From Escherichia phage vB_EcoM_G50, in sequence record NC_054917.1: a DNA stretch of 64,000 nt; one strand, written 5' to 3'. The position numbers and the translations under genes are program-made. Positions within the stretch are counted from its first letter, which is position 1. Every line of letters starts with the position of its first letter. The notes beneath the pieces are model-generated. The model had not been told where the DNA came from and searched no databases. It saw nothing but the letters and a program-made list of their open reading frames with translations. This document shows, piece after piece, positions 1 to 9,688 of this stretch.

Positions 1-260
1 TAGGTTATAAAGGTCCGAACGAAATGGATGCAGGTATTTACTATGCTCCATATGTAGCTCTGACTCCGCTGCGTGGTTCCGATCCGAAGAACTTCCAACC
101 AGTAATGGGATTCAAAACTCGTTACGGTATCGGTATCAACCCATTTGCAGAATCCGCTGCTCAGGCTCCGGCTTCTCGCATCCAGAGCGGTATGCCTTCT
201 ATTCTGAATAGCCTTGGTAAAAACGCTTACTTCCGCCGTGTATATGTTAAAGGTATCTAA
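1..260 (+). CDS. 23: Major capsid protein gp23, C-terminal fragment (gene starts upstream of window; stop at 258-260)
   Basis: Translation ...GIYYAPYVALTPLRGSDPKNFQPVMGFKTRYGIGINPFAESAAQ... matches remembered T4 gp23 C-terminus; followed by terminator hairpin and gene 24 as in T4. Confidence 0.85.
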   Translation, partial: GYKGPNEMDAGIYYAPYVALTPLRGSDPKNFQPVMGFKTRYGIGINPFAESAAQAPASRIQSGMPSILNSLGKNAYFRRVYVKGI

Positions 261-275
261 TCTTTGACGATTTAA

Positions 276-291
276 GGGACCTTCGGGTCCC
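276..291 (+). terminator. Rho-independent terminator hairpin after gene 23
   Basis: gggacc-ttcg-ggtccc stem-loop followed by T-rich tract. Confidence 0.6.
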
Positions 292-308
292 TTTAGTTGT
301 TTTTATGG

Positions 309-316
309 TATAAATA
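309..316 (+). promoter_or_regulatory. Late promoter (TATAAATA) for gene 24
   Basis: Exact TATAAATA ~28 nt upstream of gene 24 ATG. Confidence 0.6.
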
Positions 317-343
317 AATCATATAAACCAAAAGGAAAGCGCA

Positions 344-1627
344 ATGGCTAAAATCAACGAACTTCTGCGCGAATCAACCACAACGAATAGCAACTCAATC
401 GGTCGCCCAAATCTCGTTGCTTTGACTCGCGCTACCACTAAATTAATATATTCTGACATTGTAGCAACACAAAGAACTAATCAACCTGTTGCTGCTTTTT
501 ATGGTATCAAATACCTTAACCCAGACAACGAATTTACGTTTAAAACTGGTGCTACTTACGCTGGCGAAGCTGGGTACGTAGACCGAGAACAAATCACAGA
601 ATTAACAGAAGAGTCTAAATTAACTCTCAATAAAGGCGATTTATTCAAATATAATAATATCGTTTATAAAGTATTAGAAGATACACCATTTGCTGATATT
701 GAAGAAAGCGATTTAGAATTAGCTCTTCAGATTGCAATTGTTCTTTTAAAGGTTCGTCTATTTTCTGATGCAGCATCAACAAGCAAATTTGAAAGCTCTG
801 ATAGCGAAATTGCGGATGCTAGATTCCAGATTAATAAATGGCAAACCGCAGTTAAATCTCGTAAACTTAAAACTGGCATTACAGTTGAATTAGCACAAGA
901 TTTAGAAGCAAATGGATTCGATGCTCCTAATTTCTTGGAAGATTTGCTTGCAACTGAAATGGCGGATGAAATCAATAAAGATATTCTGCAATCTTTGATT
1001 ACAGTATCAAAACGCTATAAAGTTACAGGAATTACTGATACTGGATTCATTGATTTGAGTTATGCATCTGCACCTGAAGCTGGTCGTTCATTATACCGAA
1101 TGGTGTGTGAAATGGTTTCGCATATCCAAAAAGAATCAACTTATACTGCAACGTTCTGTGTTGCTTCAGCTCGTGCCGCTGCGATTCTTGCTGCATCAGG
1201 TTGGTTAAAACATAAACCAGAAGATGATAAATATCTTTCACAAAATGCCTATGGGTTCTTAGCTAATGGTTTACCGCTTTATTGCGATACTAACAGCCCA
1301 TTAGATTATGTAATCGTTGGCGTAGTAGAAAATATTGGTGAAAAAGAAATTGTCGGATCAATTTTCTATGCTCCGTATACAGAAGGTCTTGACTTAGATG
1401 ACCCTGAACATGTAGGTGCATTTAAAGTTGTAGTTGATCCAGAAAGCTTACAACCATCTATCGGTTTATTGGTTAGATATGCTTTATCTGCAAATCCTTA
1501 CACTGTAGCAAAAGATGAAAAAGAAGCAAGAATAATTGATGGTGGAGACATGGATAAAATGGCGGGTCGTTCAGATTTGTCTGTTTTATTAGGTGTTAAA
1601 TTACCAAAAATTATCGTTGATGAATAA
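344..1627 (+). CDS. 24: Head vertex protein gp24
   Basis: 427 aa, MAKINELLRESTTTNSNSIGRPNLVALTRATTKL...; same length and N-terminus as T4 gp24; ATG with AAAGGAAAG Shine-Dalgarno; late promoter upstream. Confidence 0.95.
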   Translation: MAKINELLRESTTTNSNSIGRPNLVALTRATTKLIYSDIVATQRTNQPVAAFYGIKYLNPDNEFTFKTGATYAGEAGYVDREQITELTEESKLTLNKGDLFKYNNIVYKVLEDTPFADIEESDLELALQIAIVLLKVRLFSDAASTSKFESSDSEIADARFQINKWQTAVKSRKLKTGITVELAQDLEANGFDAPNFLEDLLATEMADEINKDILQSLITVSKRYKVTGITDTGFIDLSYASAPEAGRSLYRMVCEMVSHIQKESTYTATFCVASARAAAILAASGWLKHKPEDDKYLSQNAYGFLANGLPLYCDTNSPLDYVIVGVVENIGEKEIVGSIFYAPYTEGLDLDDPEHVGAFKVVVDPESLQPSIGLLVRYALSANPYTVAKDEKEARIIDGGDMDKMAGRSDLSVLLGVKLPKIIVDE

Positions 1628-1633
1628 AACAAA

Positions 1634-1656
1634 GGGACCAAAAGGTCCCTTTTTAT
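1634..1656. terminator. Bidirectional terminator hairpin between gene 24 and rnlB
   Basis: gggacc-aaaa-ggtccc flanked by A-run and T-run between convergent genes. Confidence 0.55.
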
Positions 1657-2661
1657 TTAACTTACCAATTCAATCCAAGCCGGACGAAGTACATCTTGTA
1701 CCATTTTAACTAATTCCTTTTTAATCAAAGAAGGATTATCTGCTTGAGTTAGAGTAATACCTTCACGAGAAGTTTCTTCCAAAATATCTTGAACAGTTAG
1801 TCCCATCACCTTTCCAAAATCTTTTGGACCAATTTCGCCAATTTTAGAAATAACGTTATTTACCCGGTTCAGTGTAACGTAGCAAGCTAAAATTCCCAGC
1901 AATTTATTATCAGCTTCTGACAGCTCAACTTTAGCTTTAATAGGCTTATCAGACTTTTTCTTTTCGCTAAATTTAGAGTTCTTGCATTTAATAGCTACAC
2001 GATTGCCATTAGGCATCCAAGAAGGATAACAAGGTTTCAATACATAACCTTCAGCGGTAAATACTTCGCCTTTTGCTTCGGCATTCCAGACGCATTTATT
2101 TGCATCAACTAATCCAGCATGGTCTACTGTAAAATTATAATCTTGGACGACAGAATCTAAATCATTTGGCAATTTAATAAGCTCTTCAAATTTACCGCGA
2201 CCTAAAAGTGGAGCCATTTTAAATTTAAATGTATTACAGAATGATTCCATCATATAATCATCGACATAAGTCACATCACCACTTTCGGTAGTAACAATAA
2301 TGTCAAATACATAAAAATCTTTATCACCATAATCGACATTCTTCTGAATGCCAGGTCCAGCAAATTCGCCAAAGACTTGATAAGATACAACTGCCGAAGT
2401 TTCCATAATATCTTGTACTGCTTTAATGGAATCAGCGTAATTCTTTAGAATAATTTCATACCCAAAGAAATCTTCAGCAGGAAGAATCGGTCCAGTACGT
2501 TTAGCACAAGTTGCTTTATCGCGTTCAATAATCAGTGAGAAATTTGTGCCATGAATCTTTTCACGAGCTACCCATTCGCCGCCAGTCAATCCTAAACTGT
2601 AAAGTTTTTCAATGAATTTAGAATTGTAATGATTTTCAAGACTGCTATACTTTTTAAACAT
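1657..2661 (-). CDS. rnlB: RNA ligase 2 (Rnl2)
   Basis: 334 aa, [19 protein letters not shown]..., KIHGTNFS nucleotidyltransferase motif I; matches T4 Rnl2 length and sequence. Confidence 0.95.
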   Translation of the reverse strand: MFKKYSSLENHYNSKFIEKLYSLGLTGGEWVAREKIHGTNFSLIIERDKATCAKRTGPILPAEDFFGYEIILKNYADSIKAVQDIMETSAVVSYQVFGEFAGPGIQKNVDYGDKDFYVFDIIVTTESGDVTYVDDYMMESFCNTFKFKMAPLLGRGKFEELIKLPNDLDSVVQDYNFTVDHAGLVDANKCVWNAEAKGEVFTAEGYVLKPCYPSWMPNGNRVAIKCKNSKFSEKKKSDKPIKAKVELSEADNKLLGILACYVTLNRVNNVISKIGEIGPKDFGKVMGLTVQDILEETSREGITLTQADNPSLIKKELVKMVQDVLRPAWIELVS

Positions 2662-2670
2662 AATTAATCC

Positions 2671-2949
2671 TCAAAATGTAATTTCTAACCAATCACCATC
2701 ACGCTGATCACTATTGACTTTAAAGCTAAATCCTTCTTTTCTCAGCCAATCACCAATTTCTTCAGTAATCAATTTATCGCGAGCAGTACAATAATAACTA
2801 AAATATGTTTTACCTTGTTCAGCTGCTTTATTAGCAAGTTCCGAAAAATCTTTAATAAAACACTCTAGCTTGAACTGCTTACTTTTAAGTGCTTTTTCGC
2901 GTAATTGATTAGCAAAAGATTCATTTTCATAAAGATCATACTGTTCCAT
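2671..2949 (-). CDS. Hypothetical protein (T4 24.2 position)
   Basis: 92-aa ORF, compact packing between rnlB and hoc, same strand. Confidence 0.65.
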   Translation of the reverse strand: MEQYDLYENESFANQLREKALKSKQFKLECFIKDFSELANKAAEQGKTYFSYYCTARDKLITEEIGDWLRKEGFSFKVNSDQRDGDWLEITF

Positions 2950-3151
2950 TTTTCACCTTTTTATTGATATGTCTTTTTCTATAGACAACTTTTTCTCGAG
3001 TCTCAAATTTATTCTTAGCAGTCATAGCTCGAGCCCATAATACAGCCACTTCTTTCGCCTGTAAATTCAATTCACGAGCAATTTCAATGAATGACTTTCC
3101 AGACTCATGGAGTGTAAACACCACAACCTCAGTTCTCATAATCAATCTCAT
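2936..3151 (-). CDS. Hypothetical small basic protein with possible helix-turn-helix (T4 24.3 position)
   Basis: 71-aa ORF; segment SGKSFIEIARELNLQAKEVAVLW resembles an HTH; overlaps downstream ORF by 14 nt. Confidence 0.55.
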   Translation of the reverse strand: MRLIMRTEVVVFTLHESGKSFIEIARELNLQAKEVAVLWARAMTAKNKFETREKVVYRKRHINKKVKNGTV

Positions 3152-3204
3152 GTTATCGAGTTGGTGCCATTATATACATCGTTTTCTGATTGTGTTTTGT
3201 GTGC

Positions 3205-3234
3205 TTTCAAAATGAAGAAAGGGGCCGAAGCCCC
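3205..3234 (-). terminator. Terminator hairpin downstream of hoc
   Basis: ggggc-cgaa-gcccc followed on minus strand by T-rich tract. Confidence 0.5.
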
Positions 3235-3239
3235 TGAGA

Positions 3240-4400
3240 TTATGGATAGGTATAGATGATACCAGTTTCTAAAGCAGTTTTATGAATGATGTATCCATTA
3301 CGCGATTCTTGAACATCAACTTCTGGATAGTCTTTCATCATCTTCTGAAGAGTGTAACGATGCAGGTAGTATTTACTATCTGGATCTTCAGTTTTCCAAT
3401 CTTTACCTTCTTCAGTCATTTTTTGGATTTCATCCATAACCCACCAACCGCACCAGATATAAGCTGAAGTACGATGTGGAAGAGGATGAACATAAGGCAA
3501 TTCACCTTCCGGTTCCGGAGCAACTTTATCAGTTACCTGAACTTGACCTTCTGCTGTAATAGTTTTGCTATCATAATCAGTGGCAGTAACAGTTGCAGTA
3601 ACTTCAATGGTTTGACTTCCAATAGATGATGTATCAACGGTGTATACATTAGTTGACCCTTCTACAGGAGAAGAATCTTTCTTCCATGAATACGTAATTT
3701 GTGCTTCTTCTGGAGCATCCGTAACGTTAGCAGTAAATGTAGCCGAAGCATCTTGCTGAACATTAATAGAAGGAGGAGTCAATGTAACCTGTGGATTCAT
3801 TGTCTTTTTATTAACCGTTAATGATACTTCATTAGAAGTAACTTCCTTTTCATTATCTTCATTAGAAGTAACTTCCTTTTCATTATAATTTTCTGCAGTT
3901 ACTTGGGCTACACACTTAATTGTTTTAACTCCGCTTGTGGAAGGAGTGTAATTGAATGTAGCAGAAGTTGCTTCGCCTACAGGAGAACCGTCAACGTACC
4001 ATTGATACGTAGCAGTTGCGCCAGATGGCTGTGAAGCTAAGGCAGCAGTAAATTCAACGGCTGTTCCGATTACTCCTTCTGGAGGACTATTAGGAGTTAC
4101 AGCTAAGGTAGTTGTTTGTGTCTTATTTTGAACTGTGATAGTTGTAGTAGCTTCTGCTGTTTCAGCATCAGTATCTGGGACTGGGTTTGTTGCAACTACT
4201 TTAATAGTCTTTTGACCGGCAGGTCCTTTTAATACATAATTAAAAGTTGCTTCAGCTCCATCTTGTGGAAAATCATCTACAGTCCAAGCATATGTAATAG
4301 GTCCATCTCCAGTTTGACCACTGGGTGTAGCAGTAAACTGCTTAGTTTCATCAATAACCCCTGTCGGTGTTTTAGGAGTTATATCAACTGTAAAAGCCAT
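3240..4400 (-). CDS. hoc: Highly immunogenic outer capsid protein Hoc (Ig-like domains), carrying an in-frame 10-aa tandem duplication
   Basis: 386 aa; MAFTVDITPKTPTGVIDETKQFTATPSGQ... and C-terminal ...YVHPLPHRTSAYIWCGWWVMDEIQKMTEEGKDWK match T4 Hoc (376 aa as I recall). Confidence 0.9.
   Translation of the reverse strand: MAFTVDITPKTPTGVIDETKQFTATPSGQTGDGPITYAWTVDDFPQDGAEATFNYVLKGPAGQKTIKVVATNPVPDTDAETAEATTTITVQNKTQTTTLAVTPNSPPEGVIGTAVEFTAALASQPSGATATYQWYVDGSPVGEATSATFNYTPSTSGVKTIKCVAQVTAENYNEKEVTSNEDNEKEVTSNEVSLTVNKKTMNPQVTLTPPSINVQQDASATFTANVTDAPEEAQITYSWKKDSSPVEGSTNVYTVDTSSIGSQTIEVTATVTATDYDSKTITAEGQVQVTDKVAPEPEGELPYVHPLPHRTSAYIWCGWWVMDEIQKMTEEGKDWKTEDPDSKYYLHRYTLQKMMKDYPEVDVQESRNGYIIHKTALETGIIYTYP
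3827..3886 (-). repeat. Perfect 30-bp tandem duplication (2 copies) inside hoc, encoding NEKEVTSNED twice
   Basis: cttcattagaagtaacttccttttcattat at 3827-3856 repeated exactly at 3857-3886. Confidence 0.9.
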
Positions 4401-4409
4401 AAGTTATCC

Positions 4410-5090
4410 TTATTTTAATGTTACGAAAGAAGAATTGCGTGTTTCACGAATTAAAACTGATCCGTCGCGGTTAATGTAATAAATTAAGCTAAATAAAGTT
4501 TGGTGTGCTGACGCATGTTCAAAACTAGTTGGGTGAGATTTCCAATCCGGAGTTTCAGCAATCCATTGATAAATCCACCAAGGAACAGTGCAGAATCCTG
4601 GATTTTTTCCAATCAGCTGAAGATTTGGGCTAAAGTTTTCCGGAAGAGTAAATACAGACAGCTTTTCAGATTCAATAATCTCAGCTACAGCCTGCTCGAA
4701 TTTTTCTTCAACAAAAGGAGTATCTTCAATCAAAACATCGGTATTTTCAGGAATTTTATCCGTTTCTACTACTTCAATTTTAATGTCAGATTTAACCGGA
4801 GAATCAATCAGAAGTGCTGCCTCTGGATTGACTTCTTCATCGTCATATTTTAATCCGTCTGCAGCATCAGCAGCATCAATTAAGTCTTTAATAGATAACC
4901 CATCAGTCTCTGGCATAGGTTCACTAGCGAGCTGCTGGAGGGCTTCTTCAATATCAACAACGATATTATCAAAAGATTTATTCTTTTTGACTTTTATACC
5001 AAACTGTTCAGCATATTCAGCTAATTTAGCCTTAGCTTCTTTATTATCATCAAGAGCCTTCAGCTCTGCAATATAATCTTTATCTATCAT
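4410..5090 (-). CDS. inh: Acidic protein at the T4 inh position (inhibitor of prohead protease gp21)
   Basis: 226-aa acidic ORF between hoc and uvsW as in T4; identity by position and size, not verified residue by residue. Confidence 0.7.
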   Translation of the reverse strand: MIDKDYIAELKALDDNKEAKAKLAEYAEQFGIKVKKNKSFDNIVVDIEEALQQLASEPMPETDGLSIKDLIDAADAADGLKYDDEEVNPEAALLIDSPVKSDIKIEVVETDKIPENTDVLIEDTPFVEEKFEQAVAEIIESEKLSVFTLPENFSPNLQLIGKNPGFCTVPWWIYQWIAETPDWKSHPTSFEHASAHQTLFSLIYYINRDGSVLIRETRNSSFVTLK

Positions 5091-5103
5091 AATATTTCCT
5101 CAG

Positions 5104-5111
5104 TATAAATA
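5104..5111 (+). promoter_or_regulatory. Late promoter (TATAAATA) upstream of uvsW
   Basis: Exact TATAAATA 30 nt upstream of uvsW ATG. Confidence 0.5.
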
Positions 5112-5140
5112 TAGATATATTTATTACATGGTATTTAGAC

Positions 5141-6652
5141 ATGACTGACATTAAAGTACATTTTTATGATTTTAGTCACGTGAGAATTGATTGTGAAGAA
5201 AGTACATTTCATGAACTCCGTGATTTCTTTAGCTTTGAAGCTGATGGATATCGTTTTAATCCGAAATACAAATATGGTCACTGGGATGGACGAATCCGTC
5301 TTTTAGATTATAATCGCCTTCTTCCGTTTGGCTTAGTCGGGCAAATTAAAAAGTTCTGTGATAACTTTGGCTATAAAGCCTGGATTGACCCACAAATTAA
5401 CGAAAAAGAAGAATTATCAAGAAAAGATTTTGATGAATGGCTTTCTAAATTAGAAATCTATTCAGGAAATAAAAGAATTGAACCGCATTGGTATCAAAAA
5501 GACGCAGTGTTCGAAGGGTTAGTTAATCGTCGTAGAATTCTTAATCTTCCAACATCCGCAGGTAAATCTTTAATTCAAGCTTTGCTTGCACGTTATTATT
5601 TGGAAAATTATGAAGGTAAAATTCTTATCATTGTTCCAACAACTGCTCTGACAACTCAGATGGCTGATGACTTTGTTGATTATCGTTTATTCAGTCATGC
5701 AATGATAAAGAAAATTGGCGGCGGAGCATCAAAAGATGATAAATATAAAAATGATGCACCGGTAATTGTTGGTACATGGCAAACTGTAGTAAAACAACCA
5801 AAAGAATGGTTCTCACAGTTTGGAATGATGATGAATGATGAATGCCATCTTGCTACAGGAAAAAGTATTTCATCTATCATATCAGGTTTAAATAACTGCA
5901 TGTTCAAATTCGGTTTGTCTGGTTCATTACGTGATGGCAAAGCCAATATCATGCAGTATGTTGGAATGTTTGGTGAAATATTTAAGCCAGTAACGACTTC
6001 TAAATTAATGGAAGATGGACAAGTAACTGAGCTAAAAATTAATAGTATTTTTCTTCGCTATCCCGATGAGTTCACTACTAAATTAAAGGGAAAAACTTAC
6101 CAAGAAGAAATAAAAATTATTACTGGGCTCAGTAAAAGAAATAAATGGATCGCTAAATTAGCTATTAAACTTGCGCAAAAAGATGAAAACGCTTTTGTCA
6201 TGTTTAAACACGTATCGCACGGTAAAGCTATTTTCGATTTAATTAAAAATGAATACGATAAAGTTTATTACGTATCAGGGGAAGTTGATACCGAAACTCG
6301 AAACATAATGAAAACCTTAGCTGAAAACGGTAAAGGAATAATTATAGTAGCTAGTTATGGTGTATTTTCTACTGGTATTTCAGTTAAAAATCTGCATCAT
6401 GTTGTTTTAGCGCACGGTGTTAAATCTAAAATTATTGTATTGCAAACAATAGGTCGTGTATTACGTAAGCATGGTTCTAAAACAATCGCAACGGTCTGGG
6501 ACCTCATTGATGATTGCGGTGTTAAGCCAAAATCTGCTAATACAAAAAAGAAATATGTTCATTTGAACTATCTTTTAAAACACGGCATTGATCGTATTCA
6601 GCGCTACGCAGATGAAAAATTTAATTACGTAATGAAAACAGTTAATTTATAA
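5141..6652 (+). CDS. uvsW: UvsW RNA-DNA and DNA-DNA helicase (SF2)
   Basis: 503 aa, MTDIKVHFYDFSHVRIDCEESTFHELRDFFSF...; Walker A LPTSAGKS, DECH box; matches T4 UvsW. Confidence 0.95.
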   Translation: MTDIKVHFYDFSHVRIDCEESTFHELRDFFSFEADGYRFNPKYKYGHWDGRIRLLDYNRLLPFGLVGQIKKFCDNFGYKAWIDPQINEKEELSRKDFDEWLSKLEIYSGNKRIEPHWYQKDAVFEGLVNRRRILNLPTSAGKSLIQALLARYYLENYEGKILIIVPTTALTTQMADDFVDYRLFSHAMIKKIGGGASKDDKYKNDAPVIVGTWQTVVKQPKEWFSQFGMMMNDECHLATGKSISSIISGLNNCMFKFGLSGSLRDGKANIMQYVGMFGEIFKPVTTSKLMEDGQVTELKINSIFLRYPDEFTTKLKGKTYQEEIKIITGLSKRNKWIAKLAIKLAQKDENAFVMFKHVSHGKAIFDLIKNEYDKVYYVSGEVDTETRNIMKTLAENGKGIIIVASYGVFSTGISVKNLHHVVLAHGVKSKIIVLQTIGRVLRKHGSKTIATVWDLIDDCGVKPKSANTKKKYVHLNYLLKHGIDRIQRYADEKFNYVMKTVNL

Positions 6653-6677
6653 GGGCTTCGGCCCTTTGGAGAAAAAG

Positions 6678-6908
6678 ATGTTACTAGAATTTAAACAATT
6701 TCTTTATGAAGCTTCTATTGATGAATTTATGGGTAAAATTGCCTCTTGTCAAACATTAGAAGGTCTAGAAGAACTTGAAGCTTATTATAAGAAAAGAGTT
6801 AAAGAAACTGAATTAAAAGATACTGATGACATCTCCGTGAGAGATGCTTTGGCAGGAAAAAGAGCTGAATTAGAAGATTCAGACGATGAAGTAGAAGAAA
6901 GCTTTTAA
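6678..6908 (+). CDS. uvsW.1: UvsW.1 small acidic protein
   Basis: 76 aa from ATG at 6678 with GGAGAAAAAG Shine-Dalgarno; the ORF-track start at 6666 is a TTG codon. Confidence 0.7.
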   Translation: MLLEFKQFLYEASIDEFMGKIASCQTLEGLEELEAYYKKRVKETELKDTDDISVRDALAGKRAELEDSDDEVEESF

Positions 6909-6963
6909 ATTAAAAAAGGCCCAACCAAAAAGGAAGGGCCAAAACTATAGACTAAAGGTCACA

Positions 6964-7131
6964 CTATAGCAAAAGTTGCGTTTCATTTAATTGTTCTTCC
7001 GAACTTTCTGAAACTGGTAGTTCTTTGATGTAATTATAGCAAGGCCCAGGATGTACAGGACCTTTGTCTGTTTCAACAACCAATGCAGAATCGATTGGAG
7101 TTTTACAGACAACACAAATCTTATCTGACAT
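6964..7131 (-). CDS. Small Cys-containing ORF (~55 aa), possible uvsY.-2 equivalent
   Basis: ATG preceded by GAGGAGA Shine-Dalgarno; MSDKICVVCKTPIDSALVVETDKGPVHPGPCYNY...; below ORF-track size cutoff. Confidence 0.4.
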   Translation of the reverse strand: MSDKICVVCKTPIDSALVVETDKGPVHPGPCYNYIKELPVSESSEEQLNETQLLL

Positions 7132-7159
7132 GATTGTCTCCTCTAAATTATATATCTAT

Positions 7160-7384
7160 TTATATAACTCTCATATGCATATCAATGCCCATATCTTTAG
7201 AATAAAAATATTCATCAAGATATCCGGCAAATTTTCCTTTAATATAAAGGACATCTTCACCGCATGGGTGGTCGGCCAGGATACGAATATCCTGACGCTT
7301 GAGATTATACTTTTTCATTAAGAATTGAATTTCCGTTTCGAATTCTTCTTCATAATTAAAAGCATCATCAATGCTATATTTCAT
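7160..7384 (-). CDS. Hypothetical protein (uvsY.-1 position)
   Basis: 74-aa ORF immediately downstream of uvsY on the same strand. Confidence 0.6.
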   Translation of the reverse strand: MKYSIDDAFNYEEEFETEIQFLMKKYNLKRQDIRILADHPCGEDVLYIKGKFAGYLDEYFYSKDMGIDMHMRVI

Positions 7385-7797
7385 TATTTTCCAGCCTCAA
7401 ATGCTCGCATGTCTTGAATATGCTTGATAGCAAATCCACGTGATTTAATAGCATCAAGAGCTCCGCTACAGAAATCCAATAAAATTCCCCAATATTGTAA
7501 TGAAGTATCAACTTTTAAAACATCCTTATCAGCTGATAGAACTGTCTTCATTTCTGATTTCTCATAACGATCCATACTAAATTCATCACCATCTCCTCGT
7601 CCCGAGTAGTAGTCTAATTTAGCTTTAAGAGCAACTTTTTTCTGTGCGTCAATTCTAAGCATTTCCTTTTTAATACTTGAATGCTTATTGAGCCATTTAC
7701 TATATAACATCACATTATTAGCTGCTTCATACTGTAATTTAGTCGAATCTATAAACACATCTTTCTTCAATTCTTCTTGAAGATCTTCTAATCTCAT
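7384..7797 (-). CDS. uvsY: UvsY recombination mediator protein
   Basis: 137 aa, MRLEDLQEELKKDVFIDSTKLQYEAANNVMLYSKWLNKH...; matches T4 UvsY length and sequence. Confidence 0.95.
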   Translation of the reverse strand: MRLEDLQEELKKDVFIDSTKLQYEAANNVMLYSKWLNKHSSIKKEMLRIDAQKKVALKAKLDYYSGRGDGDEFSMDRYEKSEMKTVLSADKDVLKVDTSLQYWGILLDFCSGALDAIKSRGFAIKHIQDMRAFEAGK

Positions 7798-7837
7798 ATT
7801 GTTCTCTATTCAATTGTTATTGGATGGACTTAGATTC

Positions 7838-7866
7838 ATTATACCACGTTTACACGTGAAGCATTA
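7838..7866 (-). promoter_or_regulatory. Candidate MotA-dependent middle promoter for uvsY
   Basis: Minus strand reads AATGCTTCA (MotA-box-like) then 13 nt then TGGTATAAT (extended -10), ~40 nt upstream of uvsY ATG. Confidence 0.45.
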
Positions 7867-8262
7867 TACTCTATTACTGGAAGCCAGTTGTAGTTTTATC
7901 TGCTCAATATCATCAGGGTTATCGATGACCGAAAAGCGTATTTCTACTATCAGAGTATAATCATCATAAACTGGTATTACATTAACTGCTAATTTATCAA
8001 TACGTGGCTCGTAGTTTCTTACTGCGCTTTCAATGTTACGCTCAACAGTATCAGCAGTAAGAGGAGTCATATTCTCAAAAAGCTGATCAGATAAATCACA
8101 TCCAAATTCCGGGTCAAATGGTCTCGACCCTTTTCTAGTTGTAATAATTCCCAAAAGGCTATTTTTAATTGACCTTAATCCAAGGGATCTAGAAACATCT
8201 TTGTCCCAATCCATTTTCATTTCTGGGTCAATGTCAGAATAAAGCTTATTAATATTTGCCAT
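7864..8262 (-). CDS. 25: Baseplate wedge protein gp25
   Basis: 132 aa, [54 protein letters not shown]...; matches T4 gp25. Confidence 0.95.
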   Translation of the reverse strand: MANINKLYSDIDPEMKMDWDKDVSRSLGLRSIKNSLLGIITTRKGSRPFDPEFGCDLSDQLFENMTPLTADTVERNIESAVRNYEPRIDKLAVNVIPVYDDYTLIVEIRFSVIDNPDDIEQIKLQLASSNRV

Positions 8263-8888
8263 TACAATAGCTCAAAGAATTCTTTGAGTCCTCTTATTAC
8301 ATGAGCGTGAGTTTTTCCACACTCTGGACATTTAATTGGAACAGCCAAATAAACAGTAGGCTTTAAAAGCATATCTTTTATAGCTACAATATCTGACTCT
8401 GTGATGATAGAATATAAATCTTCCAACTCTTTTTCATTTAAGTCTTCAATTGGAATGCTTTCCCCGTTAGCATGAATCGTTTCTATACATGATACTATCA
8501 TGTGGGCTATATTTTTATCATCAAAAATTTTAGGGTAATGGAACTTAATTTTAATGTCACCCAGTGTATACCAGAGGTCTTCTGGTGCATCTATTTGTGT
8601 ATGTAATAGATTTATATGGGTTGGTATTTCAGTTCCACAGGTGCACTTCCAGGAGTTTTCGTGATTAACTTCTCCAAGAGAATGCGCCCATAAATGAATC
8701 AGCAGTAGTTCTGATTCTTGGCGGTTTAAATCTTTTGCATTTGTACAGTCTTTGATTAGCTTTTTAACGATCTCTTCTACTGAACCGTTCTTTTTAGCAG
8801 TAATAAGTTCTAGATATTCTTTAAGAGTAAATGCGCGACAGTTGATTATTTTAGAACCAACTCTCACGTCAAATTTGTATTCATACAT
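8262..8888 (-). CDS. 26: Baseplate hub protein gp26
   Basis: 208-aa ORF at the T4 gene 26 position between 25 and 51, correct size. Confidence 0.85.
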   Translation of the reverse strand: MYEYKFDVRVGSKIINCRAFTLKEYLELITAKKNGSVEEIVKKLIKDCTNAKDLNRQESELLLIHLWAHSLGEVNHENSWKCTCGTEIPTHINLLHTQIDAPEDLWYTLGDIKIKFHYPKIFDDKNIAHMIVSCIETIHANGESIPIEDLNEKELEDLYSIITESDIVAIKDMLLKPTVYLAVPIKCPECGKTHAHVIRGLKEFFELL

Positions 8889-8909
8889 ATTTAGCTCCTT
8901 TATTTATCA

Positions 8910-8921
8910 TATTTATAAATA
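8910..8921. promoter_or_regulatory. Overlapping divergent late promoters for gene 26 (minus) and gene 51 (plus)
   Basis: Palindromic tatttataaata contains TATAAATA on both strands (8910-8917 minus, 8914-8921 plus). Confidence 0.55.
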
Positions 8922-8938
8922 GAATAAAAGGAGCATCT

Positions 8939-9688
8939 ATGGCAAACATTATTCGTTGTAAATTACCAGATGGTGTTCATCGTTTTAAACCATTTACGGT
9001 AGAAGATTATCGAGATTTTTTGTTAGTTCGAAACGATATAGAACATCGGTCACCACAAGAACAAAAAGAAATAATTGCTGATTTAATTGCTGATTATTTT
9101 GGAGACTATCCGAAGACTTGGCAACCATTTATATTTTTGCAGGTATTTGTAGGGTCAATAGGTAAAACTAAAGTACCGGTCACATTTGTATGTCCAAAAT
9201 GTAAAAAAGAAAAGACAGTTCCATTTGAAATATATCAAAAAGAATTAAAGGAACCTGTTTTTGATGTAGCTAATGTTAAAATTAAATTAAAGTTTCCTTC
9301 TGAGTTTTATGAAAATAAAGCAAAGATGATTACTGAAAATATTCATTCTGTTCAAGTAGATGAAATATGGTATGATTGGAAGGAAATTAGTGAATCAAGT
9401 CAAATAGAACTTGTTGACGCCATCGAGATAGAAACATTAGAAAAAATTCTCGATGCAATGAATCCTATTAATTTAACGCTACACATGTCATGCTGTGATA
9501 AGTATGTAAAAAAATACACTGATATAGTAGATGTGTTTAAGCTATTAGTTAACCCAGATGAGATATTTACTTTTTATCAAATTAATCACACACTCGTAAA
9601 AAGTAATTATAGTTTAAATTCAATAATGAAAATGATTCCTGCCGAGCGCGGATTCGTATTAAAACTGATTGAGAAGGATAAACAATAA
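8939..9688 (+). CDS. 51: Baseplate hub assembly catalyst gp51
   Basis: 249-aa ORF divergent from gene 26, late promoter upstream; size and position as T4 gp51. Confidence 0.85.
   Translation: MANIIRCKLPDGVHRFKPFTVEDYRDFLLVRNDIEHRSPQEQKEIIADLIADYFGDYPKTWQPFIFLQVFVGSIGKTKVPVTFVCPKCKKEKTVPFEIYQKELKEPVFDVANVKIKLKFPSEFYENKAKMITENIHSVQVDEIWYDWKEISESSQIELVDAIEIETLEKILDAMNPINLTLHMSCCDKYVKKYTDIVDVFKLLVNPDEIFTFYQINHTLVKSNYSLNSIMKMIPAERGFVLKLIEKDKQ

Noticed and set aside
727-975. 82-aa minus-strand ORF inside gene 24 (also 1047..1241)
   Set aside because: Fully antisense to a confidently identified, densely coding structural gene; no ribosome-binding site; typical spurious ORF.
4515-5076. Plus-strand ORFs (112 and 97 aa) within inh
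   Set aside because: Antisense to the inh ORF; low-complexity Ser/Ala-rich translation typical of the reverse frame of an acidic gene.
7064-7321. 85-aa plus-strand ORF overlapping the 74-aa minus-strand gene
   Set aside because: Lies antisense across a promoter region and the uvsY-proximal ORF; low-complexity translation; no ribosome-binding site.
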